Positions 32,331 to 41,740 of a stretch of DNA of 64,000 nt are shown piece by piece. The stretch lies in NCBI GenBank assembly GCA_050949565.1, contig JBMNFY010000010.1, positions 64,001 through 128,000 on the forward strand, in the 5' to 3' direction. Each line of letters starts with the position of its first letter. The stretch's first letter is position 1. The notes under the pieces are model-generated. The model saw only the letters and a list, made by a program, of their open reading frames with translations, was not told the origin of the DNA and did not search any database. The DNA is from Kiritimatiellia bacterium (GTDB lineage: Bacteria; Verrucomicrobiota; Kiritimatiellia; RFP12; UBA1067). The position numbers and the translations under genes are program-made.

Positions 32331-33662
32331 ATGTCTGTCAGAGTCCGTTTTGCGCCGAGTCCCACCGGCAACGTCCATATCGGTAACATCCGTGCGGCTA
32401 TCTTCAACTGGCTGTTCGCACGCCATGCCGGCGGCAAGTTTCTGCTGCGGGTGGAGGATACGGACCGCGAACGCTCGACACAGGCGGCGATTGATACGCT
32501 GCTCGATTGCATGCGCTGGCTGGGATTGGACTATGACGAGCCGGAGGTTTATCAGAGCCAGCAGATCGCACGGCATCTGGCGGTGGCGGAGGATCTGGTC
32601 AACCGCGGACTGGCCTACAAGGATAACAAGGGCGGCGGCGGTGAGTGTGTGATTTTCCGTATGCCCAAGACGGGATGCCTCGCGTATACCGACTTGGTCA
32701 AGGGTACGATCAAAAAGAAGGCGGAGGATACGCAGGATTTCGTGATTGTGCGCTCGGACGGCACGCCGGTGTTCCACCTCTCGAATGTGGTCGACGACAT
32801 CGACATGGGCATCACGCATGTGATTCGCGGTGACGATCATGTGGAGAACACCTTCAAGCATATTGAGTTGTTCAAGGCGATGGGGGCAGCGGTGCCGCAG
32901 TACGCGCACCTGCCGATGATCGTCAACAACCAAGGGAAGCCCTATTCCAAGCGTGATGGAGCGGCCTTTGTGGGCGAGTTCAGGGAGCAGGGCTATCTGC
33001 CTGAGGCGCTTTTCAATTTCCTGTTGCTGCTGGGATGGGCACCGGGCGATGACCGCGAGGTGTTGACGCGTGATGAGATGATCGAACTGTTCACGCTCGA
33101 ACGCTGCAAATCGAGCGCGGCGCGTTTCGACCTCAAAAAGCTGATATGGATGAACGGCGAGTATATCCGTCGGCAGCCGCGCGAGGTGTACGCGGCGGAG
33201 TTCACGGCGCGCGTTGAGGCGGCCGGACTGTCGGTCGAAGGGCGGGATCTGGACGGCATTCTGGATCAGATGCAGGTGCGTACCAAGTTCTACTCCGAGA
33301 TACCGGGGTCATGTTCCTACTTCTTTACGGAGGAGTATCCGTTCGATGAAAAGGGCGTGGCGAAGCGGCTGAAGGTCGATGGCGTGCCTGAACTGCTGGA
33401 CGAAGTGGCACAACGGTATGAGGCGTTGCCGAGCTTCGATGTGCAGAGTACACACGAGGTGCTGATTGCGATGGGCGAGGAGCGCGGCGTCGGTCTGGGC
33501 GCGTTGGTGCATCCGGTGCGTGTCGCGGTTTCGGGGATGACCGAAGGTCCGGGGCTCTTCGAGATGCTGGTGCTGATCGGTCGCGATTCGGTCTGCGCAC
33601 GGCTGCGCCGCGTGGCACAGCGGTTGCGTGACGACACGCTCCCCGACGAGGGAAAGCAGTGA
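32331..33662 (+). CDS. gltX: Glutamate--tRNA ligase
   Basis: RFAPSPTG.VHIGN, RVEDTD, HVIRGDDH, KPYSKR; AAGGAG RBS. Confidence 0.96.
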   Translation: MSVRVRFAPSPTGNVHIGNIRAAIFNWLFARHAGGKFLLRVEDTDRERSTQAAIDTLLDCMRWLGLDYDEPEVYQSQQIARHLAVAEDLVNRGLAYKDNKGGGGECVIFRMPKTGCLAYTDLVKGTIKKKAEDTQDFVIVRSDGTPVFHLSNVVDDIDMGITHVIRGDDHVENTFKHIELFKAMGAAVPQYAHLPMIVNNQGKPYSKRDGAAFVGEFREQGYLPEALFNFLLLLGWAPGDDREVLTRDEMIELFTLERCKSSAARFDLKKLIWMNGEYIRRQPREVYAAEFTARVEAAGLSVEGRDLDGILDQMQVRTKFYSEIPGSCSYFFTEEYPFDEKGVAKRLKVDGVPELLDEVAQRYEALPSFDVQSTHEVLIAMGEERGVGLGALVHPVRVAVSGMTEGPGLFEMLVLIGRDSVCARLRRVAQRLRDDTLPDEGKQ

Positions 33663-34010
33663 GTCGGGGGCGTCCTCGCCCGAAACAACGTGTCTTGCGT
33701 AAGACTGGTGCGCACACAGGCTCGGTTTCAGGTTTCTTTTTTTGACATGATTGACATGATTAACATGATTTGGAGAGCGAGTGTCCCCACGAGCCGCCGG
33801 GGCGCGGCAATGGAGGGCGAGTGTCCTCACGAGCCGCCTTCCGCTGTGCGGAAGGATGATGGACTCAAACCCCATTGCGGAGCACTGGGAGGGGCAAGCG
33901 TCTGCTTGCCCGCGGACGAGCAGACGCTCGTCCCTCCCGCCCAGCGGCGGTCACACCGCTGCCCCAAAAAACTCTGCGTCTCTGCGCCTCTGCGTTAAAA
34001 AAACGCTCAG
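33660..34010. repeat. ~350-bp composite repeat, copy 1
   Basis: Colinear with 49955-50250. Confidence 0.9.
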
Positions 34011-34033
34011 TAACGGGAGAGGAAGGGAAAACG

Positions 34034-35143
34034 ATGACGATATCTAGGCGAAACTTTTTGGTGCGGGGCGGCGCGGCGGCTTGCGTCGGCGGTGGAGTTC
34101 TCTTAGGTATGCGCGACCGCTCGGTGGCGCATACTCCGGTGCGTTTGGGACTGGTCGGGGTAGGGGGGATCGGCCGGATCAACCTGGAACGTTTTCTCGA
34201 CATGGACGATGTTGCGGTGCGCGTGATTTGTGAGACGCATGCCGGTCGGGCGGCTGCCGCGCGGGAGTGCGTGGCCAGTCGGACTGGCGGGCGCGGCCGT
34301 TGCGAGGTGACGGACGATTACCGCGAAGTGTGCGCGCGTACGGACGTTGATGCGGTGGTGGTCGCCGTGCCCGACAGCCTGCACGCGGAGGTCGCGCTGG
34401 CGGCGGTCGCCGCAGGCAAGGCGGTGTATGGCGAGCCGCCGTTCGCGCATACGCTGGGGCAGGGGCGCGCGCTGTTGCGTGCGCTGGCGCAAGGCGGCAA
34501 CGTCTGGCAGACCGGCGCGCATCTGCGGGGCGAACCGGCGTTTCGACGCGCGGTGGCGGCGGTGCGCGGCGGACGCATCGGGCGCGTGACGCGGATTGAG
34601 GTGGGGCTGGCGGGCGGCGGACGCGGGCCGGCGGGATGGAGCGGCGACACGGACGGCGGCGCGTATCACTGGCGCTGGATCAGCGCACTGGGCGGTGGCA
34701 GCTTGGCGGAAGGGATCGTGCATTACGGCGACATTGCGCTGTGGGGCGCGGGCAAGGAGACGGAAATGCCGATGTCGGTCGTCGGGCAGGGCGAGTTCCC
34801 GCGCGACGGGGTTTTCGACACTGCGACCTCGTTCCGCTTCCTGTGTACCTACCGCGACGGCCTTGAGTTGGAAGTAGCGGATGGCGGTCGGCTCGAAAAG
34901 GGCATCGGCGTGCGGTGGATCGGTGCGGACGGCGCGTGGATCTGGGTGACGCGCGGTGCGATCGCGGCGTCGGCCGACGGGCTGTTGGCAGGGCTGCCGC
35001 CCGCCGCGCTGCGTCCGGTCGATCTCCGGCGCGATTTTATCGAGGCGGTTAGGGATCGGCGACCGGCGTGCGTGCCGCCGGTGGCGGCGTTCCACGCGGC
35101 GGCGCTGGGACAGCTAGGCGACCGCGCCATGCGGGGTGCCTGA
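34034..35143 (+). CDS. Tat-exported Gfo/Idh/MocA oxidoreductase, divergent
   Basis: SRRNFL; GVGGIG; VPDSLH; YGEPP instead of EKP. Confidence 0.85.
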   Translation: MTISRRNFLVRGGAAACVGGGVLLGMRDRSVAHTPVRLGLVGVGGIGRINLERFLDMDDVAVRVICETHAGRAAAARECVASRTGGRGRCEVTDDYREVCARTDVDAVVVAVPDSLHAEVALAAVAAGKAVYGEPPFAHTLGQGRALLRALAQGGNVWQTGAHLRGEPAFRRAVAAVRGGRIGRVTRIEVGLAGGGRGPAGWSGDTDGGAYHWRWISALGGGSLAEGIVHYGDIALWGAGKETEMPMSVVGQGEFPRDGVFDTATSFRFLCTYRDGLELEVADGGRLEKGIGVRWIGADGAWIWVTRGAIAASADGLLAGLPPAALRPVDLRRDFIEAVRDRRPACVPPVAAFHAAALGQLGDRAMRGA

Positions 35144-35167
35144 ACAGGAATGTGTGGGAGACGACGT

Positions 35168-35464
35168 ATGAAGATGGTGATGGCGGTCTATAACATCGGT
35201 GTGGACGGAGAGGTCATGGCCGCGATGGACGAGTTGGGCGTGAGTTGTTTCACCAAGATCCCGCGCGTGGTGGGCAAAGGCAAGACCACTGGGCCGCGGC
35301 TGGATGATGCGGTGTGGCCCGGTGCCAACACGATCGCACTTTTTGTGCTGCCCGATGAGCAGGCAAAGGTTGTGATGGGGGCTTTTGCGCATCTGCGCGC
35401 GACCATCGGCAAGAAAGCCGGCGTCAAAGCCTTCCTGCTGGGGATCGAGGGGATGACCGCGTGA
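35168..35464 (+). CDS. PII-like small protein (PG0541-like)
   Basis: FTK...VVGKG...GPRL..AVWPG.N. Confidence 0.8.
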   Translation: MKMVMAVYNIGVDGEVMAAMDELGVSCFTKIPRVVGKGKTTGPRLDDAVWPGANTIALFVLPDEQAKVVMGAFAHLRATIGKKAGVKAFLLGIEGMTA

Positions 35465-35494
35465 GATTCAACGGCGTTGAATCTCATGCGAAGG

Positions 35495-35645
35495 AGGATT
35501 TAGGAGGGAGGATTTAGGAGTTTTGTTGCGACCACGCAGTGGTTCGCAACGGCGAGAGTAGAAGCATTGCTCTGTATTTGGACATTGTGGACGTCGTTGA
35601 CCTTATGGACAGGACTCAACTCCTAAATCCTAACTCCTAAATCCT
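35495..35645. repeat. Inverted pairs of 14-bp units AGGATTTAGGAG(TT)/AACTCCTAAATCCT flanking a palindrome and a 9-bp-period array
   Basis: Units at 35495, 35509 and, inverted, 35618, 35632. Confidence 0.8.
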
Positions 35646-35652
35646 AAATTCT

Positions 35653-35690
35653 AAACCTCCCCGCGCGATTTGTCGCGCGGGGGAGGTTTT
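35653..35690 (+). terminator. Hairpin, probable terminator
   Basis: AAACCTCCCCGCGCGA-TTTG-TCGCGCGGGGGAGGTTTT. Confidence 0.7.
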
Positions 35691-35806
35691 GCATCGACTT
35701 TGACCGTAAAATCCTCAATGATATGCAACTTAACCACGGGTAACCTGTGCGCCGCTGACTGTTCGGCGGAGTACGAGCAGGGAATGTCTTGATTGGGTGA
35801 ACGATC

Positions 35807-37021
35807 ATGAAACAGTTCGAGTATGTAGAGGGCGGCGTGACCGCAGCGCAGGGCTTCCGCGCGTGCGGTGTGGCGGCAGGCATCAAGCATAAGGACCGCA
35901 AGGACTTAGCGCTGGTGGTGGCAGATGCGCCGACGGCGGTTGCGGCGGTCTACACCACGAACAAGGTGGCTGCGGCACCGGTGCAGATCGACCGCGAGCG
36001 CACCCGTTCGGGACAGGCTCAGGCGGTGGTGGTGAACAGCGGCTGCGCGAACGCCTGCACTGGCGAGACCGGATTGCAGGACGCGCGCGAAATGGCCCGC
36101 CTGACCGGTGAGGCGCTGGGCATCGACGAGCAACTCGTACTGGTCTGCTCGACCGGTGTGATCGGTGCGCTTCTGCCGATGGAACGCATTGCGGCGGGCA
36201 TCAAGGAGGCAGCCGGTGCCTTGAGCCCGACGGGCGGCAGTGATGCCGCGCACGCGATCATGACGACCGATACCGTGGACAAGCAGGTGGCGGTGGAGTT
36301 GGAGATCGACGGCAAGACGGTGATGATCGGCGGCATGTGCAAGGGTTCCGGCATGATTGAGCCGAACATGGCGACGATGCTGGGGTTCATCACGACCGAC
36401 GCGGCGGTACACCACAAGGCGCTCGACCAGGCTTTGCGTGAGGCGGTGGAGGTGAGTTTTAACCGTGTTGTGGTGGATGGCGACCGCAGTACCAACGATA
36501 CGGTGATCCTGATGGCCAGCGGTGTGGCAGGAAACGAGACGTTGACGCCCTATCATTCGCAGTGGCAGTATTTTGTGGACGCGCTGAAGACGGTTTGTCT
36601 CGAACTCGGCAAGAAGATGGTCATGGATGGCGAGGGCGCGACCAAATTTGTGACGGTGCGTGTGCGCGGTGCAAGGACGGTACAGGACGCGCAGGTAGCG
36701 GCGCGCGCTATAGCCAAATCTGCATTGGTCAAAACCTCGTGGTTCGGGCTCGATCCCAACTGGGGGCGCGTGATCGCGGCGGTCGGCTATTCCGGCGCGG
36801 AGGTCGATGACCAGAAGGCACAGATTTATTACGGCGACATCTGCGCGTATGACCAAGGGCGCGTGGCGGACAAGGCGCTGCTCACGGCTATGCAGGATGT
36901 GATGCGCAAACGGGCTTTTGAGGTGACAGTGGATCTGCACCTCGGCGAGGGCGAGGATACGATTTACACGTGTGATCTCTCGTACGATTACGTGAAGATC
37001 AACGCCGAATACACGACGTGA
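35807..37021 (+). CDS. argJ: Ornithine acetyltransferase / N-acetylglutamate synthase
   Basis: NSGCANACTG, STGVIG, IMTTD, KGSGMIEPNMATML, DGEGATK, YVKINAEY. Confidence 0.97.
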   Translation: MKQFEYVEGGVTAAQGFRACGVAAGIKHKDRKDLALVVADAPTAVAAVYTTNKVAAAPVQIDRERTRSGQAQAVVVNSGCANACTGETGLQDAREMARLTGEALGIDEQLVLVCSTGVIGALLPMERIAAGIKEAAGALSPTGGSDAAHAIMTTDTVDKQVAVELEIDGKTVMIGGMCKGSGMIEPNMATMLGFITTDAAVHHKALDQALREAVEVSFNRVVVDGDRSTNDTVILMASGVAGNETLTPYHSQWQYFVDALKTVCLELGKKMVMDGEGATKFVTVRVRGARTVQDAQVAARAIAKSALVKTSWFGLDPNWGRVIAAVGYSGAEVDDQKAQIYYGDICAYDQGRVADKALLTAMQDVMRKRAFEVTVDLHLGEGEDTIYTCDLSYDYVKINAEYTT

Positions 37022-37042
37022 GTTGAGTGGCGGAAGAGCGGC

Positions 37043-37582
37043 ATGACGCAGAAGGCATTTTACGATTGGCAGACAGCGGGCGGAGGTGGGGACGTGATGC
37101 GTCTCGTCTCCGTGCTCGAACGGCTGGATGTGCCTTGGTGCGTGATCGGCGGTATCGCGGTCAACCACTGGGCGGAAGAGCCGATGGTGACGGCTGATGT
37201 CGATCTGGTGATTGCTCTGGATCGCGTCGAGGAGGCGGTCAGCGCGTTGGAGAAAGAGGGATTTAAAGCGGAGCGTTTCCCTGGGTCGATCAATTTGAAG
37301 GGCAGCTCGAAGGTCAGTGTCCAGATTTCCACCGAAGAGCGCTATCGGCAGTTTCCGGCGCGCGCCGTGGCTGCGGATGTGTGGGGCATGCTGATGCGCG
37401 TGGCTTCGCTGGAAGATACGCTGGCGGGTAAGCTAGCCGCGTATGTCGATGAAAGTCGGCGGCCCAGTAAGCGGCAGAAGGATTGGCTGGATATCCTGCG
37501 CTTGGTCGAGAGCCATCCGGAACTTGCGGATAGGTTGCCGGACGAGGTCAGAACAAAACTGAAGGAGGTTGGGCCATGTTAA
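37043..37582 (+). CDS. Nucleotidyltransferase (Pol-beta fold, AbiEii/MNT-like)
   Basis: VIGGIAVNHW...TADVDLV; LEDTLAGKL...RPSKRQKDWLDI. Confidence 0.8.
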   Translation: MTQKAFYDWQTAGGGGDVMRLVSVLERLDVPWCVIGGIAVNHWAEEPMVTADVDLVIALDRVEEAVSALEKEGFKAERFPGSINLKGSSKVSVQISTEERYRQFPARAVAADVWGMLMRVASLEDTLAGKLAAYVDESRRPSKRQKDWLDILRLVESHPELADRLPDEVRTKLKEVGPC

Positions 37583-38358
37583 AAAACGCTCAACGTTCAA
37601 CGTTCAACGCTCAACGCTCACTGAGTAGCGGGCGGGGACGCCCGCGCTCCCGAACTTGGCACAGCGTAAAACACGCGCTCAACGGGTTGGCGGTTGCCGT
37701 CTGTCTGTTGTTTATCTCCGCATGTCGTACGTCCACGCCGGAGGCGGGGCGGTATCAGTGGTTTTTTGTGCCTAGGGACGCGGACAGAACAGATCGCATA
37801 CTTGTAGCCGATACGGTTACAGGAGAGGTGGCCGAATGGAATGGGGTTTCCTGGTCGTTCTCCGATATGGCACCGCGTTCGACGCCCGATTGGGAGGCCC
37901 TCCGTGCTGTACGAGAAAGCCTGATCAAACAGCGCGAAGAGCGAGAAAAACAGGCTAAAGAAGCCCGTGAGAAACGTGTTGCTCTTGCCAAGCAATACGC
38001 GCAGATGCCGCTTGAAAAACAGGTGGCTTGGGCAGAGATGATTAGCGTTGTAAAAGTCAGCATTAGCAAGAGGCTACACAGTTATCCTGGGATTAAAATT
38101 GAGCCCTTGGAGTCCTTAAAGCGCGAGGGTGGCTTGGATCCGCCTTGCAGGCGGCAATCCTACAAGGCCACCGATGAGGGGCTTGCTGTGCGGTTTAATG
38201 GGATGGTGGACGGCGAACCGATCATGTTCTGTCTGTCACCCACGCCTACCAACATTGAGAATGTTTTCGCCGCGCCGTCGACGATCATTGACGACGTGAA
38301 AGCGGAGATCAAGCGGCAAGAGGAAAAGCAGAAAGATGTGCATGAAGCAGTTTATTGA
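37576..38358 (+). CDS. Hypothetical lipoprotein; start uncertain because the N-terminus is repeat-derived
   Basis: Hydrophobic stretch + lipobox ISAC; charged coiled-coil region; more AT-rich; overlaps argB start. Confidence 0.65.
   Translation: MLKNAQRSTFNAQRSLSSGRGRPRSRTWHSVKHALNGLAVAVCLLFISACRTSTPEAGRYQWFFVPRDADRTDRILVADTVTGEVAEWNGVSWSFSDMAPRSTPDWEALRAVRESLIKQREEREKQAKEAREKRVALAKQYAQMPLEKQVAWAEMISVVKVSISKRLHSYPGIKIEPLESLKREGGLDPPCRRQSYKATDEGLAVRFNGMVDGEPIMFCLSPTPTNIENVFAAPSTIIDDVKAEIKRQEEKQKDVHEAVY
37578..37683. repeat. (G/T)CTCAAC-type heptamer array plus GCGGGCGGGGACGCCCGC palindrome
   Basis: Matches 50236-50340. Confidence 0.85.
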
Positions 38359-39220
38359 AAAGGCGGCGGTGTTGACCGAGGCACTGCCGTACATTCAGGA
38401 TTTCAAAGGCTCGGTCGTGCTGGTGAAGGTCGGCGGCAGTGTCATGGAGGTTGAGGAGAACCTCGATCGGCTGCTGACAGACATCGCGTTCATGAACGCG
38501 GTAGGCATGAAGACGGTGCTGGTGCATGGCGGCGGCAAGGCGATCTCGCGCGGCATGGAGGCTGCGGGCGTCACGCCGCAGTTCGTGCAGGGTCTGCGCG
38601 TCACCACCGAGGAGGCCATGCGGGTCGTCGAGCGGGTGATCAAGGATGAGGTGAACGCCAAGGTGGTGCGGATGTTGCAGCGGCACTTTGCGAACGCGCG
38701 CCCGTTGCACGGCGATTGGATTTTCGGCGTCGTGAAGAAGACCGGGACTGATCCGGTCAGCGGAGCGGAGTTGGATTGGGGATTTGTAGGCGAGCCGGTG
38801 TCGGTCGACACCCGGCCGGTCGCGGAGATGCTGGATGCGGGCATTGTGCCGGTGGTGACGCCGCTGGGTACGGGGCCGGACGGCAAGGTGTATAACGTCA
38901 ACGCGGATACGGCGGCGGCGGCTTTGGCCAAAGCCATGAAGGTGCGCAAGTTGGCGTTTGTCTCGGATGTGCCGGGGCTATTGATGGACATGAATGACCC
39001 CACGTCGTTGCTGGCTACACTGCGGATCGGCAGTGTGCGCAAGCTGAAGGAGACCGGCGTTGTGGGCGGCGGCATGTTGCCGAAGCTGGACAGTTGCGTG
39101 GAGGCGATCCAGGCCGGTGTGGGCAAGGTCCACTTGGTCGATGGCCGCATGCCGCATTCACTGTTGTTGGAGATTTTTACGAAAAAAGGTGTAGGAACGG
39201 AGATTATTGCAGATGAGTAA
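38342..39220 (+). CDS. argB: Acetylglutamate kinase
   Basis: EALPYI, KVGGS, VHGGG, YNVNAD, GGMLPK, DGRMPHSLLLEIFT. Confidence 0.97.
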   Translation: MKQFIEKAAVLTEALPYIQDFKGSVVLVKVGGSVMEVEENLDRLLTDIAFMNAVGMKTVLVHGGGKAISRGMEAAGVTPQFVQGLRVTTEEAMRVVERVIKDEVNAKVVRMLQRHFANARPLHGDWIFGVVKKTGTDPVSGAELDWGFVGEPVSVDTRPVAEMLDAGIVPVVTPLGTGPDGKVYNVNADTAAAALAKAMKVRKLAFVSDVPGLLMDMNDPTSLLATLRIGSVRKLKETGVVGGGMLPKLDSCVEAIQAGVGKVHLVDGRMPHSLLLEIFTKKGVGTEIIADE

Positions 39221-40412
39221 GAGTAAAGACATTGCCGCTTTGTTTAACCAGTATGTGATGCAGACCTATGCGCCGACCGCGACGATAACCAGCGGTAGCG
39301 GTTGCAAGGTGCGTGATCCGGATGGCAAGACCTATCTCGACTTCACGTCGGGCATTGCCGTACACAACGTCGGGCATTGCCATTCGACGGTGGTCAAAGC
39401 GGTTCAAGATCAGGTCGCCACGTTGGGGCACTGCTCCAATCTTTTTTACAACGCGAGTCAAGCGCTGCTGGCGCAGCGGCTCTCTAAACTTTCGCTGAAC
39501 GGCAAGTGCTTCTTCTGCAACTCCGGCGCGGAGGCTAACGAGGCGATGATCAAGCTCGCGCGCCTGTGGGGACACGAGAAGGGCAAGTTCGAGATCATCA
39601 CCATGCAGAACTCCTTCCACGGACGCACGCTCGCGACGATCGCCGCTACAGCGCAGACCAAGGTTCAGAAAGGCTTCGACCCGTTGCCGATCGGCTTCGC
39701 CTATGCGGAGTTCAACAATCTGGAGTCGGTCGCGGCAGCCGTCAACGAACGTACGGTCGGTGTGATGCTGGAGGCGGTTCAGGGCGAGGGAGGCGTGATC
39801 CCTGCCACTGAAGAGTTTATGGTCGGCGTGCGCAAGTTGTGCGATGAGAAGGGCCTGCTGATGCTGTGCGATGAGGTGCAGTGCGGTATGGGGCGCACCG
39901 GCAAGTGGTTCGGCTGGCAGAACTATTCGGTCACGCCGGATGCCTTCACGCTTGCCAAGTCGTTGGCCGACGGCATTCCGATGGGGGCGTTGATCGCTTC
40001 GCCCGCGCTGTCCGACGTCTTCACGCCGGGCACTCACGCCTCGACCTTCGGCGGTAATCCGGTGTCGAGCGCGGCAGCGATGGCGGTGCTGGATGTGATA
40101 GAGGAGGAGGAGTTGCTCAAGCGTGCCGAAGAGACCGGCGCGTTGTTTGCCGAAGGGCTGAGTCTCTTTGTCGATAAGCACAAGCAGGTGCTCGAAATCC
40201 GCGGCAAGGGCCTGATGCTCGGCATGGTGGTCGAGGGCTCCGCCAAGGAGGTCGTGGACATGTGCCGCGACATGGGGCTACTCTGCTGCGTGGCCGGTGA
40301 GCATGTGGTGCGCTTCCTGCCACCGCTGAACATCAAGGACACGGACCTTGAAGAGGCGCTGGAGATGATCGGCGATGCACTGGACGAGTTGTACGGCGAA
40401 GAAGAGAATTAG
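39213..40412 (+). CDS. argD: Acetylornithine aminotransferase
   Basis: NSGAEANE, SFHGRT, EAVQGEGG, DEVQCGMGRTG, LAKSL, HASTFGGNP. Confidence 0.96.
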   Translation: MSKSKDIAALFNQYVMQTYAPTATITSGSGCKVRDPDGKTYLDFTSGIAVHNVGHCHSTVVKAVQDQVATLGHCSNLFYNASQALLAQRLSKLSLNGKCFFCNSGAEANEAMIKLARLWGHEKGKFEIITMQNSFHGRTLATIAATAQTKVQKGFDPLPIGFAYAEFNNLESVAAAVNERTVGVMLEAVQGEGGVIPATEEFMVGVRKLCDEKGLLMLCDEVQCGMGRTGKWFGWQNYSVTPDAFTLAKSLADGIPMGALIASPALSDVFTPGTHASTFGGNPVSSAAAMAVLDVIEEEELLKRAEETGALFAEGLSLFVDKHKQVLEIRGKGLMLGMVVEGSAKEVVDMCRDMGLLCCVAGEHVVRFLPPLNIKDTDLEEALEMIGDALDELYGEEEN

Positions 40413-40417
40413 GATTT

Positions 40418-41707
40418 ATGCGGGACAATACACGTAGGGGATTCTTGAAGGCAATGCTGGCGGCCTCGACTGCGCCGGCTTGGATTCCGTCTGCGGCGTT
40501 TGGCGCGAATGAGCGGCTTGCGCTGGCGGTGGTGGGCACGGGTGGCCGCGGTCGGCATCTGGCGCGGCAGTTCGCTAAGCTCGACGAGGCCCGCGTGGTG
40601 GCGGCCTGCGATGTGGACGCGCGCGCGCTGACGACGTGCGTCACGGAAATGCACAAGGCCTATGGTGACGCTGCCTGCGCCGGATATGCCGACTTCCGCG
40701 AGATGCTCGTGCGTCCGGGCATTGACGGCGTGATCATCGCGACCCCTGACCATTGGCATGCGCTGGTCGGCATTGCAGCGGCGAGAGCAGGCAAGCACAT
40801 CTTCTGTGAAAAGCCGCTGGCTAATTCGATCGGCGAGAGCCGCGCGTTGCGTGATGCCGTGCGCCGCGCTGGTGTGGTATTGCAGACTGGGTCGTGCGAA
40901 CGCTCCCGCGATTCGGCGCGTTATTGCTGCGAGGTGGTCCGCAACGGCTACATCGGACAACTGCATACGATGTTCATCCACCTGCCGACGGATCAGGGAC
41001 ACCATGATCAGGTGCGCCGCCACACCGTGCTACCGGCTGCCGAGACGCCGCCGATTGAACTGAACTATGACATGTGGCTCGGCCACACGCCGAAAATCCC
41101 CTACTATCCAGGATTGCATCCCGGAAGTTGGCGCTTTAATTTGAGCTTCGGTTGTGGCGAAATGTCTGACCGCGGCGCGCACGTGATTGATTTGGCGCAA
41201 CTCGGCAATAATAGCGACGGTAGCGGTCCAGTCAAGGTCTCAGCGCGCGGTTGGGATGACCAGCACGGCCTCTACAACACGCCGATGGCCTTTGAGTTTG
41301 AGAACATCTACGCCAACGGCGTCAAGATGATCGGCGGCACCACACGCAGTCCGCGCGGCGTACGTTTTGAGGGTGATGAAGGCTGGATCTTCCTGCGTAT
41401 CCACGAGGGGACGTTGGAGGCCTCTGACGAGAAACTACTGAAGCTCGATCCGGCGACCTTCAAGGTGCAACTCGGCCGTACGCGCAGCCACGAACAGAAT
41501 TTCATCGATGCGGTGAAGCGCGGCGTGCGCCCCTTCGCCGATGTGGAGATCGGGCACCGCAGTTGCACGGCTTGTCTGGTCAACATGATCTCGATGCGGC
41601 TGGGGCGTCCGCTGACCTGGGACCCGCTCAAGGAACGGTTTGTCAACGATGCCGAAGCCAATCGTTTGATGACGCCGAAGATGCGCGCGCCGTGGTCGTT
41701 GTCGTAA
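40418..41707 (+). CDS. Tat-exported Gfo/Idh/MocA oxidoreductase
   Basis: TRRGFL; GTGGRG; TPDHWH; CEKP; YDMWLG. Confidence 0.92.
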   Translation: MRDNTRRGFLKAMLAASTAPAWIPSAAFGANERLALAVVGTGGRGRHLARQFAKLDEARVVAACDVDARALTTCVTEMHKAYGDAACAGYADFREMLVRPGIDGVIIATPDHWHALVGIAAARAGKHIFCEKPLANSIGESRALRDAVRRAGVVLQTGSCERSRDSARYCCEVVRNGYIGQLHTMFIHLPTDQGHHDQVRRHTVLPAAETPPIELNYDMWLGHTPKIPYYPGLHPGSWRFNLSFGCGEMSDRGAHVIDLAQLGNNSDGSGPVKVSARGWDDQHGLYNTPMAFEFENIYANGVKMIGGTTRSPRGVRFEGDEGWIFLRIHEGTLEASDEKLLKLDPATFKVQLGRTRSHEQNFIDAVKRGVRPFADVEIGHRSCTACLVNMISMRLGRPLTWDPLKERFVNDAEANRLMTPKMRAPWSLS

Positions 41708-41740
41708 GCCGATGACTTTGATGGCAGGGGTTGAACCGTT

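Noticed and set aside
37022-37620. Second attC cassette around the nucleotidyltransferase (GTTGAGT after argJ, GCTCAAC after the gene)
   Set aside because: GCTCAAC belongs to a heptamer array found elsewhere, and no L boxes or closing R' hairpin are present.
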